64,000 bases of DNA. Source: Patescibacteria group bacterium (GTDB taxonomy: Bacteria > Patescibacteriota > Patescibacteriia > UBA10025 > JAHIVO01). The first letter of the stretch is position 1, and each line of letters opens with the position of its first letter. The stretch is taken from NCBI GenBank assembly GCA_028718605.1, contig JAQULM010000001.1, positions 94,693 through 158,692 on the forward strand. The letters are read 5' to 3'. Position numbers and translations under genes: made by a program. Positions 1 to 9,708 of the stretch are shown here, piece by piece. A model generated the notes under the pieces. It had not been told where the DNA came from, ran no database searches, and saw only the letters and a program-made list of their open reading frames with translations.

Positions 1-752
1 AATTTCCCCCGCGTGCAATTCATCGATGGAGACCAGCGCTGGTTTGAGCATACCGATATCAAGGGCTTCAGAATGACAATTAGTTCCCATGAAGTGCAGT
101 ATTTGTCCTTTTTTCGCCGTTCCATTAAACACACGACCATATGCCACAACCCCGCGGTATTCATCATAGAATGAATCGAAAATTAAAATCTGCAGTATCG
201 CATCCGGATCTCCCGTGGGTGGCGGTACATTGCGGATAACGCGTTCAAGAATCGCATCAACACCTTTGCCTGTCTTCGCCGATGCGAGGAGAATATCGTC
301 AGCTGAACAACCGATTAATTTGATTAAATCGTTGCGGACCCGTTCGACGTCGGCATTCGGCAAGTCAATTTTGTTAATTACCGGGATGATCACCAAATCC
401 TGCTCCAGCGCTAGATAAAGATTTGCGAGTGTCTGGGCCTCGATCCCCTGGGATGCGTCAACGAGTAAAATTGCTCCCTCGACCGCTGCAAGAGACCGCG
501 AGACTTCATAGGCAAAATCAACATGCCCGGGCGTATCGATGAGATTGAGCTCATACCCCTGATACTGCATGCGAACTGGCTTCAGTTTGATCGTAATACC
601 GCGTTCCCGTTCGAGATCCATCTGGTCTAAAAGCTGGTCGCGCATTTCACGTTTGTTGACGGTTCCGGTTATTTCTAAAAAACGGTCGGCGAGCGTCGAT
701 TTGCCGTGATCAATATGAGCAATGATTGAAAAATTTCTAATGCGTTGTGCCA
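1..752 (-). CDS. lepA: Elongation factor 4 (LepA), N-terminal part; the gene continues beyond the window start
   Basis: The reverse-complement translation begins [26 protein letters not shown]...DTPGHVDF...NKIDLP, which are the GTPase G1-G4 motifs with LepA-like spacing. This is not in the ORF track because it is truncated at the window edge. Confidence 0.9.
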
Positions 753-2383
753 TTTGATGATTCCTTTTTTACGCCATTGCTGAATAATTGCTGCCGTGCC
801 TTCCGGACCCACTCAGTTATGATGGTAATTTCGTCGCATTTAAAAACGATAGCTAATAGTAAATACGCTGCAATGCCGATGCAACCGGCGCCGGTGCCCT
901 GAATGAGCACGCCCATAAACGTCTGCATGTTAACGCCGAGATTAATGACATACCGTGCCGCAAACGTAACAGCGCCCGCCATCGCGGAAATCGTGATTAT
1001 TTTCAGTACCGAAAGGATCATGGTGCGGTCATCTAAATATCCAATTCGCTTTCGCAGTACGACGAGCAATAGTATCATCTGGAAAAAACTGGCAATACTG
1101 AATGCGAGCCCAAGGCCAAGCACTCCATAGGGACGAGAGAGAATGATCGCACCAGCACTGTTGATGACGAGTGAAACGATCGCAATTACAACGGGTGTTC
1201 TCGTATCCTGCCATGCATAGAATGAGCGCGCGAGGAGCGGTATCGTACTTTGTGCGAATAATGAAAGTGCGAAAAGACCAAGCGTCTGCGCGGTCAGTTT
1301 TGTATCTTCCCAATCAAAAGCGCCTGCCCCGAGAACCACACGGACGATTTCCGCCCTGAGGACAAGTATCAGCACTGAAAATGGAATTATAACAAATAGT
1401 ATTCGCCTGAAACTGATGGAAAAATGCTGCACAAAAAGCCGGTGGTTTTTTTGGGCAAAAGCCTCACTAAAAAACGGGAATGACGCAACGGCGATTGAAA
1501 CACCAAAAACATTAATCGGAAAGCTCTGGAGATTGTTCGCGAAGGTAAAAACGGCGACCGAGCCGGCGGCCAGTAACGATCCGATGATGACGCTGATGAG
1601 CTGGTCAACCTGCGCAACAGCAAGGCCAAACGTCCGCGGTAACATTAGTTTTCCAATCGTACGAACACCCCGGTCGTGCCAATCAAAAACGGGCCGGTAT
1701 CGGTATCCAATCCGGTGAACTCCCGGAATCTGGACAATAAAATGCAAGAATGAACCGAGCACGACGCCATATGCAAGTCCATACAGTCCATAGCGCGGGA
1801 CGAGCAGTACGATGCCGAGAATAATCCCGATATTATACATGACTGGCGCAAGTGCGAAACTGACGTATCGTTTCAACGAATTGAGCATGCCGGTCATGAC
1901 ATTGCTCGCGCCAAAAAAGACGATCGATACTAACATAATACGTGTCATGTTCACTGTCATGCCTTGCTTCTCCGTGTCGAATCCGGGGGCAATCAGCGGT
2001 ACGATCTGTGGGGCGAATATGAAAAACAAAATGCCAAAGACGACCAGCCCAACAAGTAAAATATTGAGGAGTGAATTCGCGAGGTGCCAGACTTCAGCGT
2101 GGTCCCCCGAATTTTCTTTTGCACGCTGGAGGTACTCGACAAAAACGGGAATAAACGCAGCTGAGAGCGCTCCAAGAACTAGGACATTGAATACGAGATC
2201 GGGTATGCGAAATGCCGCATAGTACGTGTCGAGCTCATCCCCTGCGCCAAATTTGCCTGCAAGCAAACGATCACGAACCAAACCAAGCACTCTGCTCAAT
2301 ACAGATGCGGTCGCTATTATAATCGCACCACCTGTTAAGGTGGTGGTTAATTTTCGCCAAATTTTTAACAACATCGTGCTCAA
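737..2383 (-). CDS. murJ: Lipid II flippase MurJ (MviN family)
   Basis: A 548-aa polytopic membrane protein with the MurJ-typical N-terminus ([54 protein letters not shown]). It apparently uses a TTG start. Confidence 0.85.
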   Translation of the reverse strand: MSTMLLKIWRKLTTTLTGGAIIIATASVLSRVLGLVRDRLLAGKFGAGDELDTYYAAFRIPDLVFNVLVLGALSAAFIPVFVEYLQRAKENSGDHAEVWHLANSLLNILLVGLVVFGILFFIFAPQIVPLIAPGFDTEKQGMTVNMTRIMLVSIVFFGASNVMTGMLNSLKRYVSFALAPVMYNIGIILGIVLLVPRYGLYGLAYGVVLGSFLHFIVQIPGVHRIGYRYRPVFDWHDRGVRTIGKLMLPRTFGLAVAQVDQLISVIIGSLLAAGSVAVFTFANNLQSFPINVFGVSIAVASFPFFSEAFAQKNHRLFVQHFSISFRRILFVIIPFSVLILVLRAEIVRVVLGAGAFDWEDTKLTAQTLGLFALSLFAQSTIPLLARSFYAWQDTRTPVVIAIVSLVINSAGAIILSRPYGVLGLGLAFSIASFFQMILLLVVLRKRIGYLDDRTMILSVLKIITISAMAGAVTFAARYVINLGVNMQTFMGVLIQGTGAGCIGIAAYLLLAIVFKCDEITIITEWVRKARQQLFSNGVKKESSNGTTH

Positions 2384-2465
2384 ATTATACCGATTTGTAC
2401 ATTATTTCGCAAGTATTTGGTTATTCGATAAAAATGACTACGGTGTCGTAAAACATATTTATATA

Positions 2466-2581
2466 ATAAAAAAGAGCTGCTGGCTACATACTGAAAGCGT
2501 TTATAAATACTAAGCAGTGAGGAGAGAGTTTACCACCCAGTATGTTGTACTTTCTGTACGCGTAGACCAGCAGCTCTTTTT
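2466..2581. terminator. Long inverted-repeat hairpin (AAAAAAGAGCTGCTGG ... CCAGCAGCTCTTTTTT). It is terminator-like in both directions and is also a small-RNA candidate.
   Basis: A perfect 15-16 bp terminal stem is flanked by A6 on one side and T6 on the other, closing a loop of about 85 nt. The loop contains a nested inverted repeat (acatactg/cagtatgt) and the motif GAGGAGAGAG. It lies downstream of the stop of the minus gene 2766..3239. Confidence 0.4.
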
Positions 2582-2765
2582 TGCCAATGTTGTCTCATTG
2601 GCAACCAACAAGTATATGCTTTTTGATTAATTTGTCAAGGTCAGCCCTCGAACGCAGAAAACATTTTTCTGAACTCGAGGGATGGAGGGAAAAGCACGGT
2701 CGTACGTTCGTCAGATGACGAGCATTCGACTATTGTACTTTTCCCTCGCATGAGCCTTGGCGTTA

Positions 2766-3239
2766 TTAGCCCGAGATGCGGATAACCCAGAACGTTCCTT
2801 TCCAAAGCAAGATGGTCGCGCTAATTGCGAGTCCGTAAAAAACAATCGCAAATGGCGGGCAAATCTTCCAGATTCTGGGAACGAAATGAAATCCCCAGTT
2901 GAGGACGAGCGTGCACATGATCAGGTAGAGCCACCCGAACACGGCAAGCAAGAAAGTTCGGAGTACAAAATTATACACGAGGAAATCCAGAAATGAATCC
3001 GCACCCCGATACCGTGCATACCACTCGCTAAACAACTGTACGTTCTGCACCGGCAGAAACGTATAGTGATAGAGAATGAATACCACGGCGAAGAAGTAGC
3101 CGACAAATGTATCGTTCCGGCTGCCCCACCACCTCAGTCCTGCCTTGTTAAACGACAGGAGGCCGAAAATCAAGCTCAAGACAACGAAGTTAATCCCATT
3201 AGCTAGATATGGCCAATACCCAGGAATCGTGGTTTCCAT
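2766..3239 (-). CDS. Hypothetical polytopic membrane protein
   Basis: A 157-aa ORF with four or five hydrophobic segments and a good SD (aggagaataaatt ATG). Confidence 0.6.
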   Translation of the reverse strand: METTIPGYWPYLANGINFVVLSLIFGLLSFNKAGLRWWGSRNDTFVGYFFAVVFILYHYTFLPVQNVQLFSEWYARYRGADSFLDFLVYNFVLRTFLLAVFGWLYLIMCTLVLNWGFHFVPRIWKICPPFAIVFYGLAISATILLWKGTFWVIRISG

Positions 3240-3518
3240 AATTTATTCTCCTAACGGCTAAATGTTTACCAACCACGCAACTGGGGGCTAGAAGGCCCGA
3301 ATAGGCCTCGCAGAAGCGGGCATCAGGCCGTGGCGCGAACAATGATGCTCTCTCAGTGCAGGACCAAAAGATATCATCGTATATGCGCCAGTCACTAACC
3401 CTCCATTTGTGTGGTTGGTAAAACGCCGAAAGCTCATGTGTTCTCAAGGAACAGATGCGGATATGAATGCTGTTCGCACCCACGTCTGTTTCTTTGAACG
3501 GCGGCCTTTAAAAGAAAA

Positions 3519-3560
3519 GGAAGTAGGAGAGGCAAGTGGATTGAACACTTGCTCCCCTAC
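3519..3560 (-). terminator. Rho-independent terminator candidate for gene 3577..4209
   Basis: The minus strand shows an imperfect stem of about 14 bp, gtaggggagcaagtg/cacttgcctctcctac, followed by a T-rich tract (ttccttttctttt). Confidence 0.45.
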
Positions 3561-3576
3561 TGAAGTAGTTGAATAC

Positions 3577-4209
3577 CTAGCGATATGAGATTGAATCCGT
3601 ATCGAGGAAGAAGAAGTCCTTCCCGGACAGATAGTCGTGGCATGTCGGCGATGCTAGAGCGGGCAAAGAGTCCACGGGACTTATCTTGCCATACTCAGGC
3701 GGTATGAATTCGATGATTACGGCCGCATTTGCCGGAACGTCGATCGGACCGATGCTGTAGAGTTTGACCCTATCCCCATACACGGAAAAGTACTGCTTGT
3801 GGCCATTGATCCGAATTACCGGTTCAAGGCAATCCGGCTTGGCACCAAGTGTCTTCCGGTCGAACAGAACGATGTAGCGTCCTTCTGGGTTGTGGAGATA
3901 TACTGTGTCTGCAAACACTTGCCATGGAAGAATCCAGGGGTTCTCTTCGCGGTATACCAGATTGTTAACCGGTATGTAGGTCGTGTCGTGCTCAGTGATG
4001 ACTACCAACGTCGTATCGTAGTGCCACCTGTCGATCAACGTAGTGTCATGCACTTGAATCGAGTCGATAACGTAGATATATATCGGATATGGTATCGAGT
4101 CGATATATGTGTCCGGCGCCGTCGGGAGATTCCGAGGTGGGTTATCGCAGCCGATGCTCAGTACCAATACAATGAGCGTCAGTATCAACATCACAATTAA
4201 GTTCTTCAT
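3577..4209 (-). CDS. Hypothetical lipoprotein
   Basis: A signal peptide with lipobox-like LSIGC at the N-terminus. No recognisable catalytic motifs. Confidence 0.6.
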   Translation of the reverse strand: MKNLIVMLILTLIVLVLSIGCDNPPRNLPTAPDTYIDSIPYPIYIYVIDSIQVHDTTLIDRWHYDTTLVVITEHDTTYIPVNNLVYREENPWILPWQVFADTVYLHNPEGRYIVLFDRKTLGAKPDCLEPVIRINGHKQYFSVYGDRVKLYSIGPIDVPANAAVIIEFIPPEYGKISPVDSLPALASPTCHDYLSGKDFFFLDTDSISYR

Positions 4210-4220
4210 TGCTACTCCTC

Positions 4221-5222
4221 CTAAAACACTTGTACATTGAGCGCGAATCGTACGCTCCAGTTCGAGACCAGCTCACGCCGGTCCCATATCATGTTCTTGC
4301 CATAGCCGACAAGAACTGATCCCTCAAGCCACGGCCGCGTTGTCAACGTAGGCCCGAATTCGATGCACCGGCGTCTGACGAGCATCTGGCTGTAATCGTC
4401 ATTCATGTTGAATTGGCTCAGTGCCACCGTAACGCCAAAGTTCTTCAGCGTATCATTGGGCTCAGGGTCGAGCATGAGCAACCAGATGGTTGCGCCAACT
4501 GACTGAAAGTCAACATGGCCATTTATATACTGGCCTCGTTCGTCCTTAAAGTCCTGGTTGGTCAGAATCCCAGCTCCGTACGTCGCAAACATCGATAGGT
4601 CCTTATCGAACCTTATGTTGCAGCCGACTGACGGAGTCAGGTTGGCAACGTCACGGTTGATGATGACATTGAGGCCGAGGCGGATCGAACGCGCAAGCTT
4701 TGTTAGGGCTGACACACGATCCGTCGTATCGGTCACGTATACGTATGTGGAGCAGATCTCAATCTGGGGTGGAATCGCCGCAAGGCTATCCTTGAGCTTT
4801 TGCAGGTCTGCCATAGTGGCATTCCTGCTCACCACTGTCGCAATCGCGATACGTGACGAGTCGCCGCGTGTCCTGACTTCTCCGGTTTCCTCATGGATTC
4901 GTGTTGAATCAACACCGAACCCGTGAATTAGACGGTTTCTGACGCTATGTCCGCGGGATAATGCTGTGCCCGCATTCTTCGCATCATGCTGGGCATCATA
5001 CCGAATCGCGTCGGCCTGGCCGTACACGACGACCATAACATCGGGATCCGCTTTGAGCGTGTCAGCGATCCGTTGCAGACTACGGTCGAACTGGACCCAG
5101 AATGACTCATTGACCGACATTCCTTTTGCGATCGGGAAGTCGGTAATGATGACAGTCTGTGATTGGACTGCCGTTGCACACGCAAGGCACACAATCACGG
5201 TTAACAAAGACTTCAGGTTCAT
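4221..5222 (-). CDS. Secreted protein with an N-terminal OmpA/MotB-like peptidoglycan-binding domain and a C-terminal beta-barrel-like region ending in Phe
   Basis: There is a signal peptide. The OmpA-C-like segment is VVVYGQADAIRYDAQHDAKNAGTALSRGHSVRNRLIHGFGVDSTRIHEETGEV. The C-terminal half has alternating hydrophobic residues and ends ...FALNVQVF. Confidence 0.6.
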   Translation of the reverse strand: MNLKSLLTVIVCLACATAVQSQTVIITDFPIAKGMSVNESFWVQFDRSLQRIADTLKADPDVMVVVYGQADAIRYDAQHDAKNAGTALSRGHSVRNRLIHGFGVDSTRIHEETGEVRTRGDSSRIAIATVVSRNATMADLQKLKDSLAAIPPQIEICSTYVYVTDTTDRVSALTKLARSIRLGLNVIINRDVANLTPSVGCNIRFDKDLSMFATYGAGILTNQDFKDERGQYINGHVDFQSVGATIWLLMLDPEPNDTLKNFGVTVALSQFNMNDDYSQMLVRRRCIEFGPTLTTRPWLEGSVLVGYGKNMIWDRRELVSNWSVRFALNVQVF

Positions 5223-5768
5223 TCAATTACTCCTTTCACCTGAAAAACAGTTATACAGTGTATTTGACAACTTCAATTGGTTACTAGGTATTCAGCTTTC
5301 AAAGAGCGTCCCCCATTTCAGCAGACATACGCACATGGCTTATATCCGCTGGGATGGGGAGGGGTATGACAGAACACGTTGCATGTTCTATGCGCCATAC
5401 CCCCTGTGACGGAATTATGGAAGGGGCAATATTGGAGGCGAATGTGCGACATTGTCCGCAATGCGAACCATCGCACGTGGCGCCGATAGCGGAAGTGAAA
5501 TCGCAGTGCAGGACCGCGCTTTACTCCCAGGCCGGGCCTCGAGCCGCTCGAGTTCAACGAGCTGGCCGCTCTCTCCTCCAAAATTTCCCCTTTCACCTTC
5601 TTATTAAAGCGTATTATTAAAAAAAGTGACAAATTTTGTACGTCCTACAAGGAGAGCATACAGAACTTGCCACTTTTACATAAACATTCACCCAGAGTAT
5701 ATAGAATAACTCCAGGGTCTCTCTCCTCGTCTATTCGCTTTTCAAAGGTACTTCCAGCGTGACTCAAC

Positions 5769-5797
5769 AGTATATCCGATAGTGTTTCCCCTGTCAA
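5769..5797 (-). promoter_or_regulatory. Sigma70-type promoter: TTGACA, 17-nt spacer, TATACT. It lies inside conserved element E1.
   Basis: The minus strand reads TTGACAggggaaacactatcggaTATACT. The same architecture recurs at 7226..7254. Confidence 0.5.
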
Positions 5798-5947
5798 GGG
5801 CAAACATGTGGATAACGGACTTCCAAATATTAACTAACTTTAGCATTATTATAAGCCCTTTCTCCATAAAACATCAGTTGCCATGAATATTTTCAAGAGA
5901 AAGGGCTGGTGGGTGTCGTGTGCTCGGCGACACCCACCAATGCCTGA

Positions 5948-6325
5948 CTATCCCTGCCGTGACTCAGACTGGTACTGAATCGCGTCGAAAGGAATCCGTA
6001 GAACGTACACCCGTTCGAGTTTGCGCTCGAACAAGGAAAATTTCACACGCACGACTTCATCAATGCGCGCACGTGCAACTGTGACCGGGTAATATTCGAT
6101 GTTCACGATATCATCCTGCGTGAACGTTGTATCGTTTCGCTTGAATGAAAATGCGACATGTTCGACATACCCATTCACGATTGAATCGTGCTGGACATCG
6201 ACCATGTAAACCCGGTCAATGGTCACGTCATAGGTGGCCACTGTCATTTCGGACTTCATCGGAAGTGCGATACTTACGACAACAACCCCCACTAACGTCA
6301 GCACCACAGTCCATGCGTACTTCAT
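5948..6325 (-). CDS. Hypothetical small secreted protein
   Basis: An internal start, MKYAWTVVLTLVGVVVVSIALP, gives a signal peptide and is preceded by GGAGTG. The longer ORF in the track, extending to 6421, lacks an RBS. Confidence 0.5.
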   Translation of the reverse strand: MKYAWTVVLTLVGVVVVSIALPMKSEMTVATYDVTIDRVYMVDVQHDSIVNGYVEHVAFSFKRNDTTFTQDDIVNIEYYPVTVARARIDEVVRVKFSLFERKLERVYVLRIPFDAIQYQSESRQG

Positions 6326-6496
6326 TGTACACTCCTTGCTGCATCCATACAGCTGTTTATGTTTATGCCTATCAAAGATCGAATTATTAGTCCTCCTTCC
6401 CAACAAACGATGTTCTATCAATCGTTTGCTCAGAAAGTAGGGGCGGGTTCTCGGAGAAAGGAAACGAGAACCCGCCGACGCAAGCTTCCATCAGCG

Positions 6497-6715
6497 TTAC
6501 TGCACATCCACGAAGTCGAACTGAACCGGCTTCGCGAACATGCAGGGCGTTATCGGAGCTTGCCATGAATTGTGTGACAGCATATAGGCAGCTTTGAACT
6601 GGCGTTGTGCCAATATCGTACTGCCTTGCTTGGCCGCGAGAAATGTAACAGTCGGCAGCCCAATACTTATAACCGTCACCACAATGAGCCAGAACTTTCC
6701 TGCTGAATCAGACAT
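6497..6715 (-). CDS. Small hypothetical membrane protein (72 aa)
   Basis: One TM segment (FWLIVVTVISIGLPTVTFLAA). Weak support. Confidence 0.3.
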   Translation of the reverse strand: MSDSAGKFWLIVVTVISIGLPTVTFLAAKQGSTILAQRQFKAAYMLSHNSWQAPITPCMFAKPVQFDFVDVQ

Positions 6716-6753
6716 TACGCCTCCCCTTTAATGTTGGCATATGGTACGTCTCG

Positions 6754-6978
6754 TTATTGCACATCCGTGATCGGGACCTGGTTTAGTTCAGCAATCATAC
6801 AATTGCTACTAACGTCCCACGAGTGATGGACGACTTTACCGTCAATGATGATGACGCTTCTGTCATACATTTCCGGATGTACGTTTGCAAAAAATGCTTC
6901 CAGCGCATTACTCCCCCCAAGATATACCCCGGTGAAAATGACGAATGACATTGCCAACATAAACAAGAATCTGGTCAT
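6754..6978 (-). CDS. Small hypothetical secreted protein (about 74 aa)
   Basis: The internal start MTRFLFMLAMSFVIFTGVY gives a signal-peptide-like N-terminus with a purine-rich stretch upstream. Confidence 0.4.
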   Translation of the reverse strand: MTRFLFMLAMSFVIFTGVYLGGSNALEAFFANVHPEMYDRSVIIIDGKVVHHSWDVSSNCMIAELNQVPITDVQ

Positions 6979-7225
6979 ACTTTCCCCCACTTCTTTATAA
7001 AAGATTGCACTTTTTGTTTGCCTTTTTTCTGGAGCATAAAACATATATACTAGTTATATGCTCAAGAAAACGCGCGGACTAACTAAGTATTTACTGCCAC
7101 CAAAAAACGAGCAGTCCGTGCAAGGAGAGCCCGTTTCTTGGGATTATATATAGTTAAAAAAATACCCTTCTTTTTTGCTCTCTCCTCGTTGAAAATACAG
7201 TTGTGAAATAACGATGTAACCACAC

Positions 7226-7254
7226 ACTATATACCATAATGTTTCCAGTGTCAA
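7226..7254 (-). promoter_or_regulatory. Sigma70-type promoter: TTGACA, 17-nt spacer, TATAGT. It lies inside conserved element E2.
   Basis: The minus strand reads TTGACActggaaacattatggtaTATAGT. It is paralogous to the promoter in E1. Confidence 0.5.
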
Positions 7255-7283
7255 GGGGTGGTATCCACAGATCGATAATCAGC

Positions 7284-7310
7284 CCAAAAAAACGCCCTTT
7301 TCTGGGCGTT
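7284..7310 (-). terminator. Rho-independent terminator of gene 7330..9705
   Basis: The minus strand reads aacgccc-agaaaa-gggcgtt followed by ttttttt. Confidence 0.55.
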
Positions 7311-7329
7311 CGCAATGAAATGCCTATGA

Positions 7330-9705
7330 TTATTTTTTCAGCATACAGCCGTAGAATGCGTCAGTTCCAAGGTCCGCACTTAACGAAATGGTGCGTTCAT
7401 TTTTAGTCTCCGCATGATCCGGCTTCCAGACAAATTCGAGATCGGTATCAACCGTTACCAGGCTCGTCAGCGCTGCCGGATTCGCGCCTGGCTGTTTCTG
7501 GACGTAGAGGCTGTAGTAATCTGTCGGATCGAACATGCCCCCAATGTCAAGTTTAAACGGCAGCTGGTACTCGAATGTAATCCGCTGCACTTCTCCCGGA
7601 TCAAGGCTGACCCAATTGCCAAATACCGTTTTACCTGTTTCCTCCGTAATACGTGTGCCTGTTTTTTCATCAATAATTGAAGATAACTCCTCGGCAGCTA
7701 AATCTTCATCTGAAACAGCGTCAGTATCTGGCAACAGGTACCGAAATGGCAATACCTCGTCAAAGCCAGAAGAGTTGAGGAGCGTACTCCCCTGCGGTAC
7801 ATACAAACGGAGGTACGAAACATTTGCAACTTTTTCCCACTGGTCAAGTCCGTTTCCTCGATGGGCGCGTGTTACTGTGACGGTGTCAGTTACCGATCCA
7901 TCTGCATGAATTTTTGCTTCATGTTTAATAAACTGGTCAATCACGTGGTCAGTCTTCCCCCCGCCAATATTCGTACTGACAAGGGCTATGTAATCACGCT
8001 CATTGGTGCGGATACCACCATCCGCGCCAACCTGCACTACATCTTCCTGGAGCTTGTCATCAAATAAATGTATTAGCAAATCACGCGATAAAATTGCATG
8101 CTGAAGCGTACCGACGATACTAAGCATTTCATCCTGGCTTGCGTTGAACAGCCGGTCAAGCAATTTCGGCATAAGGTCGCTGATAAACCGCTTCGGCTGA
8201 TTCTCCACGCGGTCATATGCTATTTCTGCCCAATATTGCGCTTGATAGACGACATTTGATTCATCGACGGTGACACCATACGCTTCCTGCATATCAATAG
8301 GCCCAACAGCAGACAGCAAACTCTCTAGTATCGCTGGCGTCAATGTAATAACACCGTCGACCGATGCTCCAGCCGTCCGTTCAAAAAACCAGCCAATTTT
8401 CTGCGCTGATGTCGGAAAATCAAAAAACCAGTTCGCATCTTGAAGATTCCAATGTGCGTTGACAAGCCACAGTGGCCTTGGCGCGATAATTTTTTCCTTC
8501 AATTGTCCGGCAACATCATACACTCCTCCGCCGGGCACTTCAAGATTCTCAATAGTGCCCTTATATATATCGACAAGCGCAATTGACCCTATAAAACCTC
8601 CCGTCGGGCGAAGTTCTCTGTTATTCTGAAATGCGAGTAAGAAACGCCTCGATGCATCATCTCCGAGAATGGTAAGCATAACATCAGCAACGGAAACCAT
8701 ATCATGGAATCCCGCTTGAAGCGTTGGAATAGTCTTTTGAATTGCTGCGACCTGATCCTGATATTCTCCAGGGATATCCTGCAGGCGAACCGCATCCATC
8801 GCTTCAACCGCGGCATCAACGTTCGCAATCACTCCGGGGAGCTCATTCTGTACTAACTTGATAAATCTGACAAGGGATGACCCCCCATCAACGTTTGTGG
8901 AATCATCAGGTGCATTGAGCCATGAAATAACTGTACTCAAGGTAGCACCGGCTTGGCTCAGTTGCTGGCCGGCAATGAGCAGCTGGTGCGCACTCTGTGC
9001 TTTATTCGGCACGAGCGAAGTTATATCAAGCAACAATCCTCCCGTCCGCTCAAGTTCTTCGCGTGCGGTTGAAAAACTTGCAGACGCCTTGTTGAACTCT
9101 TGGCCGGCAAGGTTAAATGACGACGATGAAGCAAACCCACCCGCACTCTGTAAATAATCGTATGCATCCGACGTACTGCCGAGTACCTTACCTTTCGCAT
9201 CGGAAGCCCGTTCAAAAATTCCAATCGTAATAAAAGGTATCGATAGTGCCGCACAGATGCCGGCAAATACCATGAGACGCTTGCGCCAGCCAAGCGGTAG
9301 CCGCGAATGCAGCCAATCAATGCGTTCCTGCGGAATTTCTTCGGTTTCAGGAATCATCTGCTCAGGCTTACGGATCGGGGTAGGCGCAACCCGCAGCTGA
9401 ACCTGTCGGCGATTTGGGGTTACGATTACCGTTTCCTGGGAACGGTGCTTCTCCGGCCGATGCCTGATTATTCGGACTATCCAGGATGTTATCGACCGCC
9501 GAAGTGTGAGAAAAAAAGCACGCAAACGGCTTGTCCGAGAAACTGTGGCCGTCTTTTCTGCATTCGTGTTATCGTACCGCACCTTTCGCAAATCAATTAA
9601 ATTTGCATGCGGAACATGGTACCGTGCGATCTGCGATCGATGGGCGCCATTCTGGCGAACTGCAGAATTTATGCTATTGTTTCGTGTTGCCATAACAAAT
9701 ATCAA
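7330..9705 (-). CDS. Large membrane-anchored, probably extracellular protein of unknown function (791 aa)
   Basis: A single TM near residue 150 (LMVFAGICAALSIPFITIGIF) followed by a long soluble region. It sits just upstream of the glycosyltransferase cluster. No family assignment could be supported. Confidence 0.65.
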   Translation of the reverse strand: MIFVMATRNNSINSAVRQNGAHRSQIARYHVPHANLIDLRKVRYDNTNAEKTATVSRTSRLRAFFLTLRRSITSWIVRIIRHRPEKHRSQETVIVTPNRRQVQLRVAPTPIRKPEQMIPETEEIPQERIDWLHSRLPLGWRKRLMVFAGICAALSIPFITIGIFERASDAKGKVLGSTSDAYDYLQSAGGFASSSSFNLAGQEFNKASASFSTAREELERTGGLLLDITSLVPNKAQSAHQLLIAGQQLSQAGATLSTVISWLNAPDDSTNVDGGSSLVRFIKLVQNELPGVIANVDAAVEAMDAVRLQDIPGEYQDQVAAIQKTIPTLQAGFHDMVSVADVMLTILGDDASRRFLLAFQNNRELRPTGGFIGSIALVDIYKGTIENLEVPGGGVYDVAGQLKEKIIAPRPLWLVNAHWNLQDANWFFDFPTSAQKIGWFFERTAGASVDGVITLTPAILESLLSAVGPIDMQEAYGVTVDESNVVYQAQYWAEIAYDRVENQPKRFISDLMPKLLDRLFNASQDEMLSIVGTLQHAILSRDLLIHLFDDKLQEDVVQVGADGGIRTNERDYIALVSTNIGGGKTDHVIDQFIKHEAKIHADGSVTDTVTVTRAHRGNGLDQWEKVANVSYLRLYVPQGSTLLNSSGFDEVLPFRYLLPDTDAVSDEDLAAEELSSIIDEKTGTRITEETGKTVFGNWVSLDPGEVQRITFEYQLPFKLDIGGMFDPTDYYSLYVQKQPGANPAALTSLVTVDTDLEFVWKPDHAETKNERTISLSADLGTDAFYGCMLKK

Positions 9706-9708
9706 TAC

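Noticed and set aside
2757-2996. 79-aa plus-strand ORF downstream of the 2466..2581 hairpin
   Set aside because: It overlaps the better-supported minus-strand membrane-protein gene and has a charged low-complexity sequence.
5572-5582. CTCTCTCCTCC / GAGGAGAGAG as a simple Shine-Dalgarno site
   Set aside because: The copies are 45-570 nt from the nearest start codons, so they are not RBSs. They are treated as a leader motif instead.
5354-5620. 88-aa plus-strand ORF with CxxC-like pairs (a possible zinc ribbon)
   Set aside because: The SD-like GGGGAGGGG is only 1 nt from the ATG and there is no promoter or terminator context. It sits in the GC-rich leader region. It is kept only as part of the long-leader finding.
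7330-9705. Assignment of the 791-aa protein to a specific DUF (for example DUF4012)
   Set aside because: I cannot verify a family signature from the sequence alone. It is left as a hypothetical membrane-anchored protein.
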